This document shows, piece after piece, positions 9,475 to 14,204 of a DNA stretch of 14,204 nucleotides. Position numbers and translations under genes: made by a program. This DNA comes from Neoechinorhynchus agilis. Taxonomy: Eukaryota > Animalia > Acanthocephala. Within the stretch, counting starts at the first letter, position 1. Every line of letters begins with the position of its first letter. The DNA lies in NCBI GenBank assembly GCA_051530055.1, contig JBMGUZ010000070.1, forward strand, positions 1 to 14,204, read 5' to 3'. The notes below the pieces were generated by a model. That model ran no database searches. It saw only the letters and a list, made by a program, of their open reading frames with translations, and was not told the origin of the DNA.

Positions 9475-9610
9475 CGTTGACTTGGAAATGGATCGCTACT
9501 TCTGTATTTAATCTGCTAAAACCTCCATTCTTAGTCTTTTTCGTTACATAGTCAAAAATCAGCTTCGGTCTCTGAAAAACTGTTGTCGTCGATCCTCTCG
9601 TCGTCGTCGA

Positions 9611-9657
9611 CCGTCATCCACACCGGATCCGTCATCCACACCGGATCCGTCATCCAC
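9611..9657. repeat. 18-bp minisatellite (ccgtcatccacaccggat) x2.6
   Basis: Exact copies at 9611 and 9629, partial copy at 9647. Confidence 0.95.
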
Positions 9658-10268
9658 TGTAAAATGATCACGAAGACCCAGAGGTCCTCTTAAACAAAAT
9701 AAAGAAAACGTGTTGTTTAAATGATTAAATCGTCCCTTAAGAGTTTATAAAAGCCGTTGTTAAAAAATGTTTTCAAAAATGGCTAGGAGAATAAAACAAT
9801 AAACTGAACCAAATGTTTTATTAATTAAGAAAAGATTTTAAAAATTAAAAAGATGTTCAATTGTCTGAAACATTAGGCAATTTACAACGTTCAAATCGAG
9901 AATGGCGGGCAAAACTTCATTGAGGCATTTAGCATAACGTAAGAAGATCCACTTGGGTATACACTCAAGAATAATCTTTTTTGGCATATTCAACACTCAT
10001 TATGAAGTTCGTTGTTTAATGCATAAAATGATATTTTAAAAGTTTAATAATAATCGCATCAGTAAAAATTTTATGGAAAATGTTAAAGCAGAAAAAAATG
10101 GGGTGCAAAGAAATCAAGATAAAAAATTGTTCAATGTTAAAGCCCTGCTATTTTTTAAAATCAATTTCTTTTAATAGCAAATTATTTCGATTTCAGAGTC
10201 AATTTCGTTTAACTTTCTTTTCGTCTATATTGCATCTATCAATTGTTCAATGTAAAGGTGTTCATCAT

Positions 10269-10436
10269 TTACCTTTTTTATAGCGAATTATCAAATAATT
10301 TATAATTTTCGACTTCCTCGTAGGCCATCTTCAGTGTTTTGTGAGATGTATTTTCCTTCGAAAACAAAAGACTAAAGTAGGCCTACGCGAAGGTCGAAAA
10401 TTATCAATTGTTTGATAATTCGCTATAAAAAAGTAA
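10269..10436. mobile_element. 168-bp foldback / MITE-like inverted repeat
   Basis: ttttttatagcgaattatcaaa...cgtaggcc (10274-10326) pairs with ggcctacg...tttgataattcgctataaaaaa (10380-10432), 5 mismatches in 53 bp. Pairing continues imperfectly inward. The inverted repeat is certain; the MITE identity is inferred and no clear TSD is seen. Confidence 0.55.
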
Positions 10437-10469
10437 TTATCGATAAAAAAATCATCGGGTTTGTCAAAG

Positions 10470-10688
10470 TATTATTTTGGTGATAATCCCGGTAATAGCA
10501 TATTTGATTTATTGGAAATATTTCGAGAGGTGACCTCGCCTCATTAGTCATTGTTTGCAAGTCTTTTCAACTGTGAATTCGTTAAAAAAAACTTGAAAAC
10601 AATGACTGATGAGGCGAGGTTACCTCCTTCGAAATATCGCCAATAAATCAAATATGCTATTACCGGGATTATTATCACCAAAATAATA
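10470..10688. mobile_element. 219-bp foldback / MITE-like inverted repeat
   Basis: Arms 10470-10562 and 10591-10688 (tattattttggtgataatcccggtaatagcatatttgatttattgg...) with a 28-nt loop. The ends can be read as TA|...|TA, compatible with a Tc1/mariner-type TSD (inference). Confidence 0.6.
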
Positions 10689-11272
10689 ACAAAGCAATTG
10701 TTCAATGTATCCGTCATCCATATCATGAGTCATACATTGAGCCATGAGTATGTTTTGACGAAAACAAACTCATAAACCTTTGCAATTGATTTTCACCTCG
10801 TATTTTCCCATTCTTCTGGGCGAATGGGTTGTTGGCAGAACGCACAGTTTCTCAAGTGAGTTCCTTGGAGTTTTTATACCGTCCTCCTCGTTTTCCGAAT
10901 CTTACGCTTCTCGTATTCGTAGCTTCTTAATATCCCGTGAAGTTTCTTAATATTCTTCATGGCAGTTAAAAACTATTTTAGCAAATTTCTCCAAGAAAAT
11001 AGATAGGAAAGTAACAATTTCGCTTTTGTAGCTCGTCTATCGACTTCGATTAGTTGACAGAATATCATTCGAAGTCCCGGAGATTGGTTTAATCAACCAA
11101 CGTCTTAACAAATGCTGGTCTTTTTAGTAATAAAAATGCGCAAACTTCATTTCTTTATATTTTCAAATTTATGAAATTTAATACACGACCGCTTCTATTG
11201 TTTCAGATTGAGTTTTTTCATTTATTTTTGCTTTAAAGAAATTATTTTTGAAGATTGAATTATTCATATATA

Positions 11273-13819
11273 TTGTTTTCTGGTGTAGAAATTAAAATGA
11301 TTTTATTTTTAAAATCCGATTGATTTCCGGGGCACAATCTTGTATCCGTTTTTATCAAGGTATTTAAAAACTTACAATCAACCTTAATAAAAACGCGTAC
11401 AAGATTGTGCCCCGGAAATCAATCGGATTTAAAAATAAAATCATTTTAATTTCTACGCCAGAAAACAACCAACAGTAAAGAAATCAATTGAATGCCCAAA
11501 ACGGTGCTATTGAACCAAAAATAGAAGAGAAACCTATTACACTTCTTCCATTAAGTTCTCTTGGGAAACTACAAAGATTGTAGCATTTTATTAGTAATTT
11601 CTTTTAGGTTCCTTTCTGGTGTAGAAATTAAAATGATTTTATTTTTAAAATCCGATTGATTTCCGGGGCACAATCTTGTATCCGTTTTGATCAAGGTATT
11701 TAAAAACTTACAATCAACCTTAATAAAAACGCGTACAAGATTGTGCCCCGGAAATCAATCGGATTTAAAAATAAAATCATTTTAATTTCTACGCCAGAAA
11801 ACAACCAACAGTAAAGAAATCAATTGAATGCCCAAAACGGTGCTATTGAACCAAAAATAGAAGAGAAACCTATTACACTTCTTCCATTAAGTTCTCTTGG
11901 GAAACTACAAAGATTGTAGCATTTTATTAGTAATTTCTTTTAGGTTCCTTTCTGGTGTAGAAATTAAAATGATTTTATTTTTAAATCCGATTGATTTCCG
12001 GGGCACAATCTTGTATCCGTTTTGATCAAGGTATTTAAAAACTTACAATCAACCTTAATAAAAACGCGTACAAGATTGTGCCTCGGAAATCAATCGGATT
12101 TAAAAATAAAATCATTTTAATTTCTACGAAAACAACAACAGTAAAAATCAATTGAATGCCCAAAACGGTGCTATTGAACCAAAAATAGAAGAGAAACCTA
12201 TTACACTTCTTCCAAAGTTCTCTTGGGAAACTACAAAGATTGTAGCATTTTATTAGTAATTTCTTTTAGGTTCTTTTCTGGTGTAGATAAAATGATTTTA
12301 TTTTTAAAATCCGATTGATTGATTCACAATCTTGTATCCGTTTTGATCAAGGTATTTAAAAACTTACAATCAACCTTAATAAAAACGCGTACAAGATTGT
12401 GCCCCGGAAATCAATCGGATTTAAAATAAAATCATTTTAATTTCTACGCCAGAAAACAACCAACAGTAAGAAATCAATTGAATGCCCAAAACGGTGCTAT
12501 TGAACCAAAAATAGAAGAGAAACCTATTACACTTCTTCCATTAAGTTCTCTTGGGAAACTACAAAGATTGTAGCATTTTATTAGTAATTTCTTTTAGGTT
12601 CTTTTCTGGTGTAGAAATTAAAATGATTTTATTTTAAAATCCGATTGATTTCCGGGGCACAATCTTGTATCCGTTTTGATCAAGGTATTTAAAAACTTAC
12701 AATCAACCTTAATAAAAACGCGTACAAGATTGTGCCCCGGAAATCAATCGGATTTAAAAATAAAATCATTTTAATTTCTACGCCAGAAAACAACCAACAG
12801 TAAAGAAATCAATTGAATGCCCAAAACGGTGCTATTGAACCAAAAATAGAAGAGAAACCTATTACACTTCTTCCATTAAGTTCTCTTGGGAAACTACAAA
12901 GATTGTAGCATTTTATTAGTAATTTCTTTTAGGTTCCTTTCTGGTGTAGAAATTAAAATGATTTTATTTTTAAATCCGATTGATTTCCGGGGCACAATCT
13001 TGTATCCGTTTTGATCAAGGTATTTAAAAACTTACAATCAACCTTAATAAAAACGCGTACAAGATTGTGCCCCGGAAATCAATCGGATTTAAAAATAAAA
13101 TCATTCTAATTTCTACGCCAGAAAACAACCAACAGTAAAGAAATCAATTGAATGCCCAAAACGGTGCTATTGAACCAAAAATAGAAGAGAAACCTATTAC
13201 ACTTCTTCCATTAAGTTCTCTTGGGAAACTACAAAGATTGTAGCATTTTATTAGTAATTTCTTTTAGGTTCTTTTCTGGTGTAGAAATTAAAATGATTTT
13301 ATTTTCAAAATCCGATTGATTTCCGCACAATCTTGTACGTTTTGATCAAGGTATTTAAAAACTTACAATCAACCTTAATAAAAACGCGTACAAGATTGTG
13401 CCCCGGAAATCAATCGGATTTAAAAATAAAATCATTCTTATTTCTACGCCAGAAAACAACCAACAGTAAAGAAATCAATTGAATGCCCAAAACGGTGCTA
13501 TTGAACCAAAAATAGAAGAGAAACCTATTACACTTCTTCCATTAAGTTCTCTTGGGAAACTACAAAGATTGTAGCATTTTATTAGTAATTTCTTTTAGGT
13601 TCTTTCTGGGTAGAAATTAAAATGATTTTATTTTTTTTTTTTTTTGTTTGTTTTAAGAAATCAATTGAATGCCAAACGGTGTATTGAACCAAAAATAGAA
13701 GAGAAACCTATTACACTTCTTCCATTAAGTTCTCTTGGGAAACTACAAAGATTGTAGCATTTTATTAGTAATTTCTTTTAGGTTCTTTTCTGGTGTAGAA
13801 ATTAAAATGATTTTATTTT
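11273..13819. repeat. Tandem array D, ~326-336-bp unit = ~190-bp palindrome + ~140-bp constant spacer; 7 intact units, 1 collapsed, 1 truncated
   Basis: Marker tggtgtag occurs at 11281, 11617, 11953, 12279, 12607, 12942, 13277, (13607 as tgggtag) and 13791. In unit 1, outer arms 11273-11344 / 11398-11468 differ by 1 mismatch and 1 indel, inner arms are 11345-11361 / 11381-11397, and the 19-nt loop is 11362-11380. Confidence 0.98.
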
Positions 13820-14042
13820 CTCTATGGGTTGGTAAGATAGACAAAGGAGAAATCTAAAAAGCATAAGTTTCTTACGCTAATTTGATTGCAAAAGCACGAG
13901 ATCTTTGGAGCCTTTGAATAATAAAGTACTTGGTAAAAACATTTACTTAGGTGATAAGCGCGCAAAAAGAGTTGGGACCTTTCGTTTGATTGCTTCAAAT
14001 AGTGAATTAATATTCTATTGCCCACATAAAGTCGAAGAGCAG

Positions 14043-14138
14043 ATGACGTCAAATGATTCCGGAGTTCCAGAGACCACAGGAACCGAAGATCATGACGAAA
14101 TGGCAGAAAAGACTGATAATGAACCGATTGAGAAAGCT
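14043..14138 (+). CDS. Possible coding exon of an unknown acidic protein running off the right edge
   Basis: The frame is stop-free from 13881 to 14204. From ATG 14043 it reads MTSNDSGVPETTGTEDHDEMAEKTDNEPIEKA, followed by a consensus phase-0 donor GTGAGT at 14139. It is missing from the ORF track, presumably because no stop lies in the window. Confidence 0.4.
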
Positions 14139-14204
14139 GTGAGTATTCCCAAATGCCTTGAAGTGGATAGAAGGAACCCGAGGTCGCTTGAACTGTCCAG
14201 GAAT

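Noticed and set aside
9627-10720. 12-mer atccgtcatcca shared between the 18-bp repeat and 10709-10720
   Set aside because: About one chance 12-mer match is expected among several kb of unique sequence, and there is no extension.
10080-10726. ORFs 10080..10283 and 10544..10726
   Set aside because: Short and AT-rich. The second lies across an inverted repeat and is better explained by it.
10780-11130. Minus-strand peptide fragments including CAFCQQPI (CxxC)
   Set aside because: Interrupted by stops in all frames and lacking a second Zn-ligand pair. It may be a decayed element but cannot be assigned.
11273-13819. CRISPR array (palindromic repeat plus spacer)
   Set aside because: The spacers are identical rather than unique, the repeat is ~190 bp, no cas gene is present, and the context looks eukaryotic.
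1-14204. rRNA/5S, tRNA, spliced-leader RNA, canonical telomeric repeats, transposase or viral core genes
   Set aside because: No recognisable matches by eye (tacgaccat at ~3248 does not extend as 5S). A covariance-model and profile search would be needed to exclude divergent copies.

Overview
AT-rich, apparently eukaryotic window (CpG not depleted, candidate GT-AG introns and AATAAA signals; an invertebrate animal is an inference, species not identifiable). About 60% of it is four different tandem-repeat arrays: A (1-650, ~250-bp unit), B (989-2974, ~231-bp unit), C (6084-9474, ~173-177-bp unit, 19 copies) and D (11273-13819, ~335-bp unit). Each intact D unit carries a ~190-bp near-perfect palindrome. 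Two more long foldback elements of different sequence lie just upstream of D (10269-10436, 10470-10688), giving nine long hairpins within ~3.2 kb. A ~3-kb single-copy island (2975-6083) holds two plausible + strand orphan genes, one ending in a PP1-docking-like KKTVTF motif. Short exon-like fragments sit between the arrays and at the right edge. I recognised no protein family, transposase, rRNA, tRNA or CRISPR array. Scattered indels and two G/T-only patches suggest residual long-read errors, so fine-scale variants need read-level confirmation.
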